Shown here: positions 37,411 to 50,400 of the stretch, in pieces
Position numbering within the stretch: the first letter of the stretch is position 1
Layout of the letters: every line of letters starts with the position of its first letter
DNA from: Octopus sinensis
Taxonomy: Eukaryota
NCBI RefSeq assembly: GCF_006345805.1
Contig: NC_042998.1
Coordinates: 98,084,001-98,148,000, forward strand
Reading direction: 5' to 3'
DNA: 64,000 nucleotides
Program-made: the position numbers and the translations under genes
Notes under the pieces: generated by a model
Told to the model about the DNA's origin: nothing
Database searches by the model: none
Seen by the model: the letters and a program-made list of their open reading frames with translations, nothing else

Positions 37411-39108
37411 ATGCATTCAAAAACTGAGTTACTGATTTTGATGTATGGGATATCAAAAGATTCAGTAATCTTACGACTACCAAATAAACTTTATTTTCAT
37501 TTACATAGTAACATTACAAAAATTTTACATTATAATCTTTTCTATAAGTCAACTATCGTAAACATTTTATACCATGGCAACAATGACGTCACACTTCCAA
37601 TATGATTGTGTTCCTTAAAAGACATCCATTTCTCTATATGTTATGATGACATACAGTCAGTCATTCTCTCTCTCACATGCACACATATATACAAAAAAGA
37701 TGTATTTATGTATGAGTATACGAAAGGGGTGTGTGTGTGTGTGTGTGTGTAACATAGAGACCAAGTGAGTGCCACTTACACAAACATGACAACACACACC
37801 TTCACTCACTCACTCTCTATCTTCTTCCCTCTCTCATGCACACACGTCCATTCCATATATATGTACATTCATTTTTGACTTTCTTCTCTTTTTTACTTTC
37901 TGCACTCACTTCAAAGCAAAAGTTGCAGTTTCACTTTCTCTTCTCTTCAAAGCATAAAGAAATTTTTTTAAATTACGGAAATTAACGAATACATTCGAAA
38001 ACTGAGTTGCCAATTTTGATGTATGGGGTATCAAAAGATTCAGTAATCTTTCGGCTAACAAATAAACTTTATTTTCATTTCTATATTTGCATTACAAAAA
38101 CTTAACATTATAATCTTTCTATAAATCAACTATCTTAAATGACATTTTATACCACCATCATGTCACATTTTCTAATATGAATGTGTACCGTAAAAAACAT
38201 CCATAGTCACTTTCTCTCTCACATGCACACATACATACAAAAAAAGATGTATGCATAGGTATTTATGTACATGCATATGAAAGATAATGTGTGAGAGAGA
38301 GAGAGAGAGAGAGAGAGTAAGCGAGTGCCACTTACACATACATGCAAAGAATACATACATAACAACACAGCTTCACTTACTCTCACACACACATCCATTT
38401 CATATACACGTAAATACATCTTTCACTTTCTCCTCCCACTTTCTGTTATCATCTCAAAGCAAATGTTGCCTTTTCACTTTCCTCTCTTTCAATTTCTGCT
38501 CTTTTCAAAGCATAAAGAAATTTTTTTAAATTACGGAAATTAACGAATACATTCGAAAACTGAGTTGCCAATTTTGATGTATGGGGTATCAAAAGATTCA
38601 GTAATCTTTCGGCTAACAAATAAACTTTATTTTCATTTCTATATTTGCATTACAAAAACTTAACATTATAATCTTTTCTATAAATCAACTATCTTAAATG
38701 ACATTTTATACCACCATCATGTCACATTTTCTAATATGAATGTGTACCGTAAAAAACATACATACAGTCACTTTCTCTCTCACATGCACACATACATACA
38801 AAAAAAGATGTATGCATAGGTATTTATGTACATGTATATGAAAGATAATGTGTGAGAGAGAGAGAGAGAGAGAGAGTAAGCGAGTGCCACTTACACATAC
38901 ATGCAAAGAATACATACATAACAACACAGCTTCACTTACTCTCACACACACATCCATTTCATATACACGTAAATACATCTTTCACTTTCTCCTCCCACTT
39001 TCTGTTATCATCTCAAAGCAAATGTTGCCTTTTCACTTTCCTCTCTTTCAATTTCTGCTCTTTTCAAAGCATAAAGAAATTTTTTTAAATTTTATGGAAA
39101 TTAACGAA
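37411..39108. repeat. Three-unit tandem repeat (~578, 558 and 561 bp)
   Basis: cattc(a/g)aaaactgagtt..gatgtatggg..tcaaaagattcagtaatctt begins near 37411, 37989 and 38547. Units 2 and 3 are almost identical; unit 1 is clearly diverged. Confidence 0.95.
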
Positions 39109-40387
39109 CAATCATATGATCCCATATGATCAATCATGATCACGTTGACAATTTTCCTGCTTCAAACAAAAGAATGCCATAAGATAACTGCTATGTGCAT
39201 GCACAAAATTACAGCTCAAATACAATTGAAATCACCTTTTTCTATTCTGTAATTCATGTTTGTGATGAGTGTATTTAAAAACCTGATCTTCGATATAAAT
39301 TTAAAAGGAAGTTCCCCCAGAAGTCCTGTTCTGTACCTGTTGTTTCTAGCATGTCTGAGGTGACATTTGCACCCTCCAGTCCTGATTTTATCCCAAAATT
39401 TCTTCCTATGTTTTCAATACAGAAGATTAGAGTTTTGCCCAAAAAGCCTCTTCTCAATATTGTAATTTTCTCCCTACCCATCCCAATTTCTTCATTTTTT
39501 ACTTCTTTTGATTTTTTTTTTTTTTTTGGTAATCCACAGAGAAAAATAGAGAGAATATGAATCTTTGAGAACTTTTTTCTTTTAGAAACACTAAAATCTC
39601 CTTCCCAAACATCCACCCATCACCTCACTACTTTCAAAAAGCTACAAACTCCCAATGTTTCATTTCTAGCTTTTTGGAAAGAAGGGAAGTTTCTTCAGAA
39701 ATAATGTCGTTTACCTGTTGTTTCTAGTATGTCAAGTTTTCTGGTGGTGCTCTAATATTCTTTACATCTGCTATTCAGTACAATTCTATGCATGTGTGAA
39801 ACATCAGATGAAAGTGAAACATAAGGTGTTTTTAGCTTTTTGAAAGTGGGTAGATGATGGATGGGCAAGGTGGAAGAAGGGGCACTGAGTGTTTCTGTAA
39901 GAAAAATTAAACTTTAAAAAAAAAATGCATTTCCCAAATTCATAATCACTGTATTTTTCTACATGGATGAAAAAAAAATATTCATAAAAAAGTTACAAAT
40001 TAAAAAATTGTGGTGGGGACGGGGAAACTAAAATTTTGAAAACGTGATTCCAACAGAAAGTGCTTTCATGCAAACCCATGCAAATTGTACCCACCACCAC
40101 CACCACTTCACTTTTAAACAAACAATAACTTTCATTACACTAGTAATCCAGTTCACTATATATCAGCTGTGCTAATTCTGCCCATAAGAAAGGAACAAAT
40201 TATACAATATGGCTGTAGGTCATAACACATGGACAATGCTGAGATGCATTGCTAGTAATTTTATAAAATTATATTGAAAAAAAAAAAGGAAAAAAATAAA
40301 TATTCAGCCTTTTTCTTAAACTAACCAGAGAAAATGGAGTACATGCATCATTAAAAGAAATCCAACTAACACTCAGCATATAGACCT

Positions 40388-40569
40388 TTAACCATTTTGT
40401 TACTATATTTCTGTTGAGATGTTCTGTGTATCTTTTAATTTTAAATATAACAAAGAATTTAGTAAAATAACTTAGTGTTAGGAACATAAATTGTTACAAG
40501 TGGTTTGATGGAAGATTTTAATTACAGAGCCAGAGGCAATTTCAGCCGGGTAGGTATCAAAAGGGTTAA
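40388..40569. mobile_element. TTAA-flanked piggyBac-type MITE, second family
   Basis: TTAA-ccattttgttac ... gtatcaaaaggg-TTAA terminal inverted repeats. Confidence 0.7.
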
Positions 40570-40714
40570 ACTTCAGTTTCTGAAAATAAGCCGATACTAT
40601 AAAACTTAACTCCTAAATTATGAAACAAAGTAAATTACTGTAGTTTGCCTGATAAATTATTTAGTTGGCAGCTGAGTTAGGTCAAGGTTTGTTTAAAAAA
40701 ATTTAACAAAAATG

Positions 40715-41145
40715 CAGGAATGGGTGTGCGATAAGTTGGTTTCCCAGCCATATGGTTCTGGGTTCAGACCCACTCCAACGGCACCTTGAGCAAGTGTCTT
40801 CTATAGCCCAGGGCAGACTAAAGCCTTTTTTCCATGGATTTAGTAGACAGAAATTGAAAGAAACCTGTGATGTGTGTGTGTGTGTGTGTGTCTTTGTGTA
40901 TGTCACCCACCATCACTTGACAACTGTGTTGTTCTGTTTACATCCCCATAACTTAGTGGTCAGGCAAAAAGAAAGCAATAGAATAAGTGCCAGGCTTAAA
41001 AAATAAACATGTACTGGAGTCTATTTATTTGACTAAAACACTTCCAGGTGGTGCCCCAGCATGGCCACGGTCTAATGACTGAAACAAGTAAAGAAATATA
41101 TTATTAAGTAAAGAAATATAATGACTGAAACAAGTAAAAGAAAAG
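40715..41145 (+). mobile_element. tRNA-headed SINE
   Basis: gggttcagacccactccaacggcaccttgagcaagtgtcttctatagcc..ccagcatggccacggtctaatgactgaaacaagtaaa, with a duplicated tail. Confidence 0.85.
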
Positions 41146-42289
41146 GATAAAGGGCAGAGAATCTTAGCAGCACTAACCGTAAATGCCCAAGAGAAAAATA
41201 TTTTGACCTCAATTTAATCATTCATTATTCTAAAAACTCTAAGAAAAACTGAAACCAAAAACATTATGGTTCACGTGGTTGATTAAAAGTAAATGAAGCA
41301 TAAAACACATGAGCCATGGTCATTGCTTTTTCTCTGTAATGGGAAATTCATTTAGAAAGATAAAGAAACTCAGAAAACAACAAGAAAACTAGAAAATGTG
41401 TAACAAGTTAATCGAAACTGTTATGGTGAAGTAGAAATATGTCATTCAACTAGGAAGACAATCATAAAACAGACAGTCATTAATTTTCTTTCGAAACATT
41501 TGAAATAACAGATAAAAGGTAAATTTTGACTAAGAGGAAATTATTCCATAATGATATGGATGCATTTTCAGCAGACTAAAACAGATAAAAAATTAATCAT
41601 TTCTCCTCAACTGATATTTCTTATTTCTTGTAATTAATAAACCCAGAAGAAGCAAAACTTTTAATGAGAATCTAAAACACATTCCAGGAAACTACTCAGA
41701 CAACATTGAATGGTTCCAGTTAAGTGATTATTATTATTGTTGTTGCTTTTTCTTCAACACAGTATTCCCACTAGTGATGCAATAGATGTCACAAACATCA
41801 TCTTAAGAATATTCCTTTTGTAAGAGCAAATGTGCAGAAAACGCACAAACAGCAGGTGTTATTTTTAGGACTAGATGTGTTACTAAATATTTAAGCATTT
41901 GGAATGAATAGTTATATGTATCGAGCATTATGAAAACATGAAAAATACAGTTTTTGTAAACTTTATTGAGTGGATAAAATGTTTTGAAGTGTCTCAATGT
42001 ATCTTTTATACAAAGTTATATATAGTAACTCTCGTTTTTTATTTTTTTTCCTGAGGACATATTTAAAAGTTATTTCTTATTTACTGTTTTTATTTTTAAC
42101 TAGTTTCAGTTGTTGGACTGCGGCCATGTTGGTGTGTTGTGTCCAGCAGCATGGTTATAGTTTTAGCCAATGACATTTCTCTCAATACTTTGTTTTGTAC
42201 TTATCTATCTATCTAATATTTATCTGAATATATATGTGTGTGTGTGTGCGTGTGCGCGTGCATATATATATATATGATATATATGTGTG

Positions 42290-42357
<68 letters not shown>

Positions 42358-42364
<7 letters not shown>

Positions 42365-43233
42365 GATGTGGTGAATAAACTGTTTTCTAAATTATGCAAA
42401 AATGAAAATAACACTAACATCTCATTTTAACATATATTTACCAAAATTACATAAAAATATCTTGAAATACTAAAAAATAAATCTATTCAATAAAATTGCC
42501 ATTGGCTTCAACCACGGCCTCCAGTTGACTTCAGAATCTCCTGCAACTCTTCTGGATGGTCTCCTTGTTTAAGTTGATGAATGCTGCCATAATCCTTGCC
42601 TTCAGTTCATCTTTGGTATTACAAGGAGTCTTGTTGGTCGCTTACTAAACTATGTCCCACATATAATAATCAAGAGGGTTGCGGTATGGGGAGTTAGGTA
42701 ACCAGATGTTAGGGGTAATGTGGTTGCAGAAACTGTCCAACAACCATGACTGGGATCTCCTGCTTGTGTGGCATGGTGCAGAGTCCTGTTGCCAGACACA
42801 GGATCTTCCAGAAGCCATCCTCTTCACGTAGGGCAGCACTACCTGCTCCAGGAACTTGATGTAGGCCTCCATATTGAGTGTGAAGGCCATGTGGGAAGAT
42901 GAATGGAAGCATAACGTTGCCATCACTCGTGATCACTCCAAACACCACGGTGTTGACTGGATGTTTGATTTTTATCATTCTCCATACATGCCCACAGACT
43001 GATGCCCAAACACTCTGTCATATTCATATTAGAGCCACTGGTGTGAATGCCAAGCAATACAGCACACATCATTTCAAAATTTCTGGCAAAGTGCATTGTG
43101 TCATGGTGGTGTTTTTTTCACAGACGCTGCTCAACTGACCTTATTATACTATGTAGTTGACAGAATCAAAAAAACAAACAATGCGCATAATTAAATATAT
43201 AAAATGGCAACAATTTACCCATTGCACCCTGTA
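42358..43233 (-). mobile_element. Internally deleted Tc1/mariner element, DD37D (maT-type) transposase pseudogene
   Basis: Minus strand: MTQCTLPEI..LLGIHT (N-terminus) joined to KHPVNTVVFGVITSDGNVMLPFIF, a frameshift, then VWQQDSAPCHTSRRSQSWLLDSFCNHITPNIWLPNSPYRNPLDYYMW (37 residues between QQD and PLD), then NKTPCNTKDELKARI..LEAVVEANGNFIE*. Degenerate TIRs tacagggtgcaatgggtaaattg / cacagaggatgtggtgaataaactg. Confidence 0.92.
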
Positions 43234-43374
43234 TATATATATGTATGTGTGTGTGTGTGTGTGTGTAGTTAATCCCCCCCCCCAAAAAAAACGAAGAACA
43301 AACACAAGAAAAACAACACAAGGATGTGATACATGTAAAGTATTAGCAGACGCTCAGGAAAGGAAAGAAAGGTG

Positions 43375-43409
43375 GTTTTATGTTTTGAGCAAAGCTCTTC
43401 GTCATAAAC
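43375..43409 (-). ncRNA. Degenerate minimal type I hammerhead-like motif (Penelope-type)
   Basis: Minus strand reads gttt-aTGACGA-agagctttgctc-aAAAC-aTA-aaac: stem I gttt/aaac and stem II gagc/gctc intact; three substitutions relative to CTGACGA..GAAAC-GTA. Confidence 0.5.
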
Positions 43410-43492
43410 AGGGGACTGAGGAAAGTCCAAGAGAAAAGGAAGATAGAGCAAAAAACTCACCAACAATCCACATGTGGTTACATTTTGAAATG

Positions 43493-43531
<39 letters not shown>

Positions 43532-43764
43532 GGGTGTCTACATTTATGAAAGTTTACCCCACCCTGTTACCTAAAACTGACCTACAGACTTTGCCTGCAG
43601 TGATTTCATGTACTGAAAACAAAAGTAAAGAAAAAAATTGGAGCCTGTTTTCATTACAAACTTCAGTAACGTTGAACATAGTCAATTTGTATTATAATTC
43701 GAAGTTAATTCCTATTGTGGAGCTTAAGGGTGTGTGTGAGTGTGTGTACAAGCATATACACATA

Positions 43765-43923
43765 CTTAAGTGTTTTATGGTAAAGAAGGTCACTTTACAA
43801 CCATGTGGTTTCAGATTTTATCTTACTCCATAGCTTCTTAGGCAAGTTTCTTCTACTAGAGCACTGGGCTGACCAATGCCATGTGAGTGAGTTTGGTAGA
43901 TGGAAACTGAGAAGATAGATACT

Positions 43924-43966
<43 letters not shown>

Positions 43967-44150
43967 AATGACATTCTATTAATCTTCATTAACAGTACCT
44001 GAGTGAAAACAGTGTGATAACAAGTGGAATGAAAAATATCTAACTTGAAAAACAGGTAAAGGTTGGTAACAGAAAGGACATCTCACCATAGAAAAAAATC
44101 TCCCCCCAAATCATTTTGTCAAACTCAAGCCACCATGAAAACAATCAATA
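43765..44150 (+). mobile_element. tRNA-headed SINE variant
   Basis: caaccatgtggtttcag..ggcaagtttcttctactagagc..gtgagtgagtttggtagatggaaactgag..(TG)n..cttgaaaaacaggtaaaggttgg. Confidence 0.75.
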
Positions 44151-44152
44151 TA

Positions 44153-44208
<56 letters not shown>

Positions 44209-44210
<2 letters not shown>

Positions 44211-45087
44211 AAAACCTGGGACGAAGTGGTGAAGCACGACCTACGAACTTTAGGTCTCACCAAGGAAATGACTAGAGACCGAGACCTATGGAAGTATGCT
44301 GTGCGTGAGAAGACCCGGCAAGACTAGTCAAGCCATAACCCGTGGCCCCTACCTGGGACGTAGTCAGTCCACCTGTGCATACCTTCCTTCTTGTGACACT
44401 TGTGAAGACCTGTTGAGGCAAGTGAAAATCAAACAAAATCAAAATAGATGAACATCAATGGAATTTGTATCTTTGTGGTACCAGTGTCGGTGGCACACAA
44501 GAAAACCATCCGAACGTGGCCGTGGCCTCCATGCTGTGGGCACGTAACAATCACCATCCAATCGTGGCCGATCGCCAGCCTAATCTGGCTCCTGTGTCGG
44601 TGGCACATAAAAAACACCATCCGAGCGTGGTCGTCTGCTAGCCTTGTCTAGCACCTGTGTCGGTGGCACATAAAAATACCATCCGAGCGTGGCCGTTCGC
44701 CAGCCTCGTCTGGCACCTGTGTCAGTGGCACATAAAAAACACCATCCGAGCGTGGTCGTCTGCTAGCCTTGTCTGGCACCTGTGTCGGTGGCACATAAAA
44801 ACACCATCCGAGCGTGGCCGTTCGCCAGCTTCGTCTGGCACCTGTGTCGGTGGCACATAAAAACACCATCCGAGCGTGGCCGTTCGCCAGCCTCGTCTGG
44901 CACCTGTGTCGGTGGCACATAAAATCACCCACTACACTCTCGGAGTGGTTGGCGTTAGGAAGGGCATCCAGCTGTAGAAACACTGCCAGATCTGACTGGC
45001 CTGCTGCAGCCTTCGGGCTCCCCAGACCCCAGTTGAACCGTCCAACCCATGCTAGCATGGAAAGCGGACGTTAAATGATGATGATGA
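44209..45087 (+). mobile_element. Young 5'-truncated RTE-like LINE 3' end within TA-rich microsatellite
   Basis: Encodes RKTWDEVVKHDLRTLGLTKEMTRDRDLWKYAVREKTRQD*, then a 62-63-bp array, the conserved terminus and a (GAT)n tail; (TA)n upstream and a compound TA/CA/TG microsatellite downstream. Confidence 0.93.
44481..44929. repeat. Tandem array of ~62-bp units
   Basis: Unit cacctgtgtcggtggcacataaaaacaccatccgagcgtggccgttcgccagcctcgtctgg, about 7 copies, homologous to the reverse complement of the 19.7-kb units. Confidence 0.96.
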
Positions 45088-47255
45088 CACATATATATAT
45101 ATCATGTGTGTGTATATATATATACATACATATATATGTATGTACATATATATATAGAGAGAGGTATATATGTATGTGTATATATATATATCATATACAT
45201 ATATACATATCATGTGTGTGTGTGTATATATATGCATGTATGTATATATATATATATATATATATATAAATTACATGTATGCTCATATGTACGCAAACAT
45301 GTATACTTAAGTATGTGATATATAAAGTAAAACATTATCACTCCTGCCTCTCATCACCTATTACATACTCTTTAAGTACCTCATACCTTACATGCCATCC
45401 ATTAGACAAACAACTTCTCTAAAGGAATGAAATAATTTGTAAGAGAGAGCTGTTTTCTACCTGCTTTATTATTGCCTTACATAGTGGGGAAATATTTTCC
45501 CCATTATTTTCCTTTATGTAAGGTGACATTAATGTGTACTGGATGATCTTGGTATTCAGTAAAGGAGCTTCTACATAGCCATTTGATTTGCTGGAAGTAG
45601 CAGTCAAGTTTCCCCCAGATCACACAGTGCTTTTTTTTTAAACAAATAATATATTGGACAATTTCATTACTGGTATGAAAATAATAACAATTAGATGATG
45701 AGATTAAAATATCATAGAAAAAGTAGTTTATATAAAAAAAAATCATTGTTGAAAACATCGTTAAATAAAATTATGAAAACATCATTAAAACTTTTCTATT
45801 ATGCAAAGAAAAAACAGTTTAACTGAAACTACCAATTTGATGACAGTAAATATGAAGTATAAGCTAAACAATATATAGAATCTATCAGGTGTATAATTTA
45901 TAGTTAAAAAAGATCTATTATTAGAATTTAAATAATGTCTATAAAAAATGAAATGGTAAGTTTCAATATCATACTTAGCAATTCAGCTGTATTAAAAATT
46001 CAAAACATTATGGCCAAATAAATAGTTAACATTAAAAAGAACACCCAACTGTAAACTGCTAAAATAATTCAAAGAAATATTTAAATTTGTAAATTCAAAC
46101 AACCCATGCTATCAGAGAAAAGTATTTTTAATGACAGAAGTCACTTTTATCAAAAATTGATAAAGAGAATGGGATGAAAAAACAGTATTTAGTAGGAGTG
46201 AAAGCAAAGTAGATCAAGGAAAAGGTGAACAAGGTATAATAACTATTCTTGCATAGGGAAAAAATAATTTTAAATACATGAGAGTTTGATAGAGCCATGA
46301 ATATATCAATTGCTATAAAGCATTTTTTTTTTTTTCCTTTTGACAGCTAAGGCAAGAGTAAATTTCAATTTCATATCCACATCACTGCCCTGTGTTAAAT
46401 CAATTAAGCATGAATTATAAGCTTACTGTTCTTGAGCAGAAATAAATCTTCTCTAACAACAACAAAACTGCTTTGAAAGGAGCTAGTTGTTTTCTCACTA
46501 AATATTCAATGATATTTCATTAGTTTGCAAAAGAAGACCAGTGTAACATAGCCTTTTCAAATTATCATACAGTAAGGATGAAGGTACGTAATTAAGGTAA
46601 TACAGTTACATCTAATGTGAATTTTCAGAAATTATATAGCAACTTTAAATATTTACTAGAAAGAATTAGTTATTCAATTTAAATACAGTTTGTAGATAAT
46701 CAGTTTATAATAAATGCAAACCAAAGCTATCAAGTGTAACCATTTGAATGTTTAAGATGTTTTAACAAGTGAACATAAATTATAAGCATAGAAAAGAACA
46801 CTACCTATGATGTTTAAGATCATCCTGGACTAAAGCAGAAACATGGTTGAAAGATTTTTTTAATATTTGTGAACACAAAGACAAACATGGCCTGTGATAT
46901 TTAAGATAACTCTAAAGTAGAACAATAAAATAATTTAGAGAGTTTCGTATATTATTTTGTGTAATGACAAAAGGAAGGAAGTAGCCGTCCCATCACCACA
47001 ACCAGAAAAGTAACAGTTCAACAGATGAAGGATTAGATAAGGTGTTTTACAAGAGTTCTAAGAAGTGAGACAGAACAGAATACAGATCTTTCTAAGTTGG
47101 AAAAAGATATAATGCCTAAGTTCAAAGGATTAGCAACTATTGTGGTAACATAAAAATAAGCAAAATGACAACCTGACAATGTACAGAGTTGATAAAAAAA
47201 AGTTGAGAAGTTTTGAAGAAGAATGTTTTTCAAACTGCTTTTTCTAAGGTATTAT

Positions 47256-47480
47256 CATCATCATTTAATGGTCTTCCATGCTAGTATGGGTTGGATGGAT
47301 CAACAGGATATGGTTAGCCAGAGGACTGTGTTAAGCTCCAACATCTGCTTTGGCATGGTTCCTACAACTGGATATCCTTCTTGATGTCAACCATTTTATA
47401 AAGTATACTAGGAGCTGTGTTTGTGGAATTGGTACAAGTGAGGTCACTAAGCAATCTGAAAGACAAGAACCCCTCAACTG
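47256..47480 (-). mobile_element. RTE-type 3'-tail fragment
   Basis: atcatcatcatttaatggtcttccatgctagtatgggttggatgg..caactggatatccttcttgatgtcaacc. Confidence 0.75.
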
Positions 47481-50400
47481 AGTAGAGGTGTAGTATTGAA
47501 AGAAGTAGCTTTGGGTCAAGTAATGAGAGACTAATGTATTAGTCTGATGATTAAAGTGTGTGTGTCATTCTAACAGTATTCCATGGTTGTGCCATCCTAA
47601 GCCTTGTAAAACAAAATGATTCAAAGACAAGGTAAGGTTTGGTTTTGAAACGGAAACCCATAGTTATAATGTGAGCATCCCAAGTGAAATCATTCTAATT
47701 AATCAGATCTTGCATGTTTGAGTTATGACATTTGCTGTGATGACATTACACACTAAAATGTGGTGTTGCCATTCTACTTATAAACTATGAATAATGTTTA
47801 TGTTTTGGTCTTTGTTGCTTAAATTGTCAGCATTAATCTAGCGGAAATATCATCAAAGGCATTCCAGCTGTGACCAACTTTTTTTCTCTTAGGTATAGTG
47901 CATCTGGAAGTTACATTATCCAACGTGTCATTCTGGTTTATCAAGGTGGTAGGATGTAATTTGAGAAAGATATGGTTGCAACTTTTTAGTAATTTGAGCA
48001 ACCACATAAACGCTTTGTTTAATGCTGTTGGATTTAACTAGAGTTAGAGTCCACTCACAATCAGATTTTGTAAACTATGGAAGTAGTCAAACAATATTCT
48101 TAGTAATAAATTGTTACTGACTAGCCTGAATATTTCCAAATACCACAGGAGAGTGATATTTTTTGATGAAATAAACATGGAAATATTGGGTAGAAAAAAA
48201 ATCAAGTAAAAGTTATCTCTAATGATACAGACATGAAGCAGAAACATTTTCTTCCAAATAATAATACTTGTTAGAAGTTATACACACATACATGCAAACA
48301 AGAATGCATACATACACATGCATGTACTTACACACACACAAACCTACAATCTTTCATTTTTCTTTATATAGAAATGAGAGAAGAAAAGAGAGACTATAGA
48401 AAGTTTATGAACCTTGGTGTGTGAGAAAGATAGGCAATTATCAAAGTTCTAGCCAAGCAATAAAATCTTTTATTGAAGTATTTTAATTTATATTTCATAT
48501 ATTTTATTTATCATCAATACTGTAGGTCTCTTCATAATACCAAATCTTTATATTGATATATTGGTAGGAAACCAGGTTTTGATAGTTCATGATTTAAAGG
48601 GGAAAATCTTATGTTTACCATTGATTTTACTAATGCTATCACTGCTGGGAAATAATATATCAAAGTATGAAGAAAATAAAAGAGGAAAATGAAATTTTTA
48701 TATGCATTTCCTTATTAATGACCAGCTGCTGCTAAGAAATTCAGGTATAATGAGCAATAAAAAATATCACATGGAATCTATGTTTGAAATAAATTCTCCT
48801 ATTCTATAAGTAGCTTATTTAAAAGTAACTCAAATTAGAACTATTATATAAAAAAAAAACACCACTAAGAATATGTCTATTTTGATTCTAAGGAGTTGAA
48901 ATCAGAGATTCATTTAATATTGTAGAGTTCCAACATTCAGTTTATTTATTGAAATTTCTCACCAGAAAATTTTAGAAATAAATTTATGTATTTGAAGAAT
49001 ATAACAAACATAGTTATAGAAAGAAATACATTTGCTTACATGTTAACTCATTGAAGTGATTTGTGAAATTTACAATTATTTTGTTTCTTTCTATTCAATA
49101 CTATGAAGCCAAAATTGAAGCAATATCTAACATCCTGGAAATAAATTTTTACAAGATAGGCTCTGTTGACATTGGCAGAGAGTATCCATTCACAATAGAA
49201 ACCATGTGGTAATAACAAAGGAGTATGGAAATTAATATGGTTCAAGCCTTTCATAAATATTTAATTGAAAATGCTGCCATTTCTTGTCCAGCAGCTTTGT
49301 TTTACCATATCTATTCAAAAGTGTCATGGCTAATCTTTCTTAAAGTAATAAGTTTTTAGGGATAGCCTCATTAACCCACAAATAAAGAATATTTATCCAC
49401 TAATGCAGTGTTAAGCACTCATTCTCACTGCATCATCACCACAACTTCTTGATACAGTATTTCTATCACTGTGTACAATTGATTACGAACTGGTATTCTC
49501 ATTCTTGTGCCTATGAACATTCTTCTAACTTCTCATTATAGACTCTCTCACCGTGCTCTTCATTGTTGTTCTTATATGTAGCACACACATACATACATTC
49601 ATATACACACACTTTCTCATGACACCCTGTCTATTCTGTATGCATGATGCACACACAGACACACAAATTAATATATCAACAAATCTTTCTCTCTTAAACC
49701 TTCTATTCAGTTATGTCTCTTCTCTCTTCCCTTACTGACACATTATGTGCATTATTTCAGCCTTCTGAATGGAGCCATCATAATTAGATGGTCACACCAT
49801 ACATCACCATCAACCATCTATAAGTGTAAATATATCTTGTAGTCAAGAGGAAAAATTTCCAGACCTTCAAGACCGGCAGGCAGCAGAAACAATGATAGCT
49901 TCAAACCAGAAACATGGTTTGAATGCTTGCAACAGAGTAGACACCACCTAAAAGGTACACAAAATTCCAGGTAGTAGTGTTAAACCAGGCAACAGATCAA
50001 GCCTACCATAAACTCTTTAATAATAGGGAATAACCTGCACTTAGCATTAACTGAAAATACTGTTTATAGAGAAGCAAAGCTTTATTTTCTTTTGTGAAGT
50101 CTTTCTGTAACAATATAGTGACTCAAATTTGAGGAATGGTTGATTTCTAACATTAGTGTGAGATTAAAATATATTGCAACTGCTTAGAACCACAGCAGCT
50201 CATATTGTGCAGTCTTGTATATCTTGGATTACTTTGTCTTTACTCTATATATCTAGGACTACTTTTCCCTACCTTGCACATCTAGGATTGCTTTTTATGT
50301 GTTGTTCTTTTTGAAAAAAGTAGAATATGATTTGAAGGGAATTTGGATGCTATTTCTAGCGGATTGAATTCCTGCTCCAGAATTTAGTTGCTGATAGACA

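Noticed and set aside
39275-39616. 113-aa ORF and the many other 60-130-aa ORFs containing THTH, VCVC, YIYI, LSLS or poly-K/F runs
   Set aside because: They are translations of microsatellites, homopolymers or SINE bodies.
44481-44929. CRISPR-like appearance of this and the 19.7-kb array
   Set aside because: The units are fully repeated with no unique spacers, there are no cas genes, and the context is a eukaryotic retroelement.
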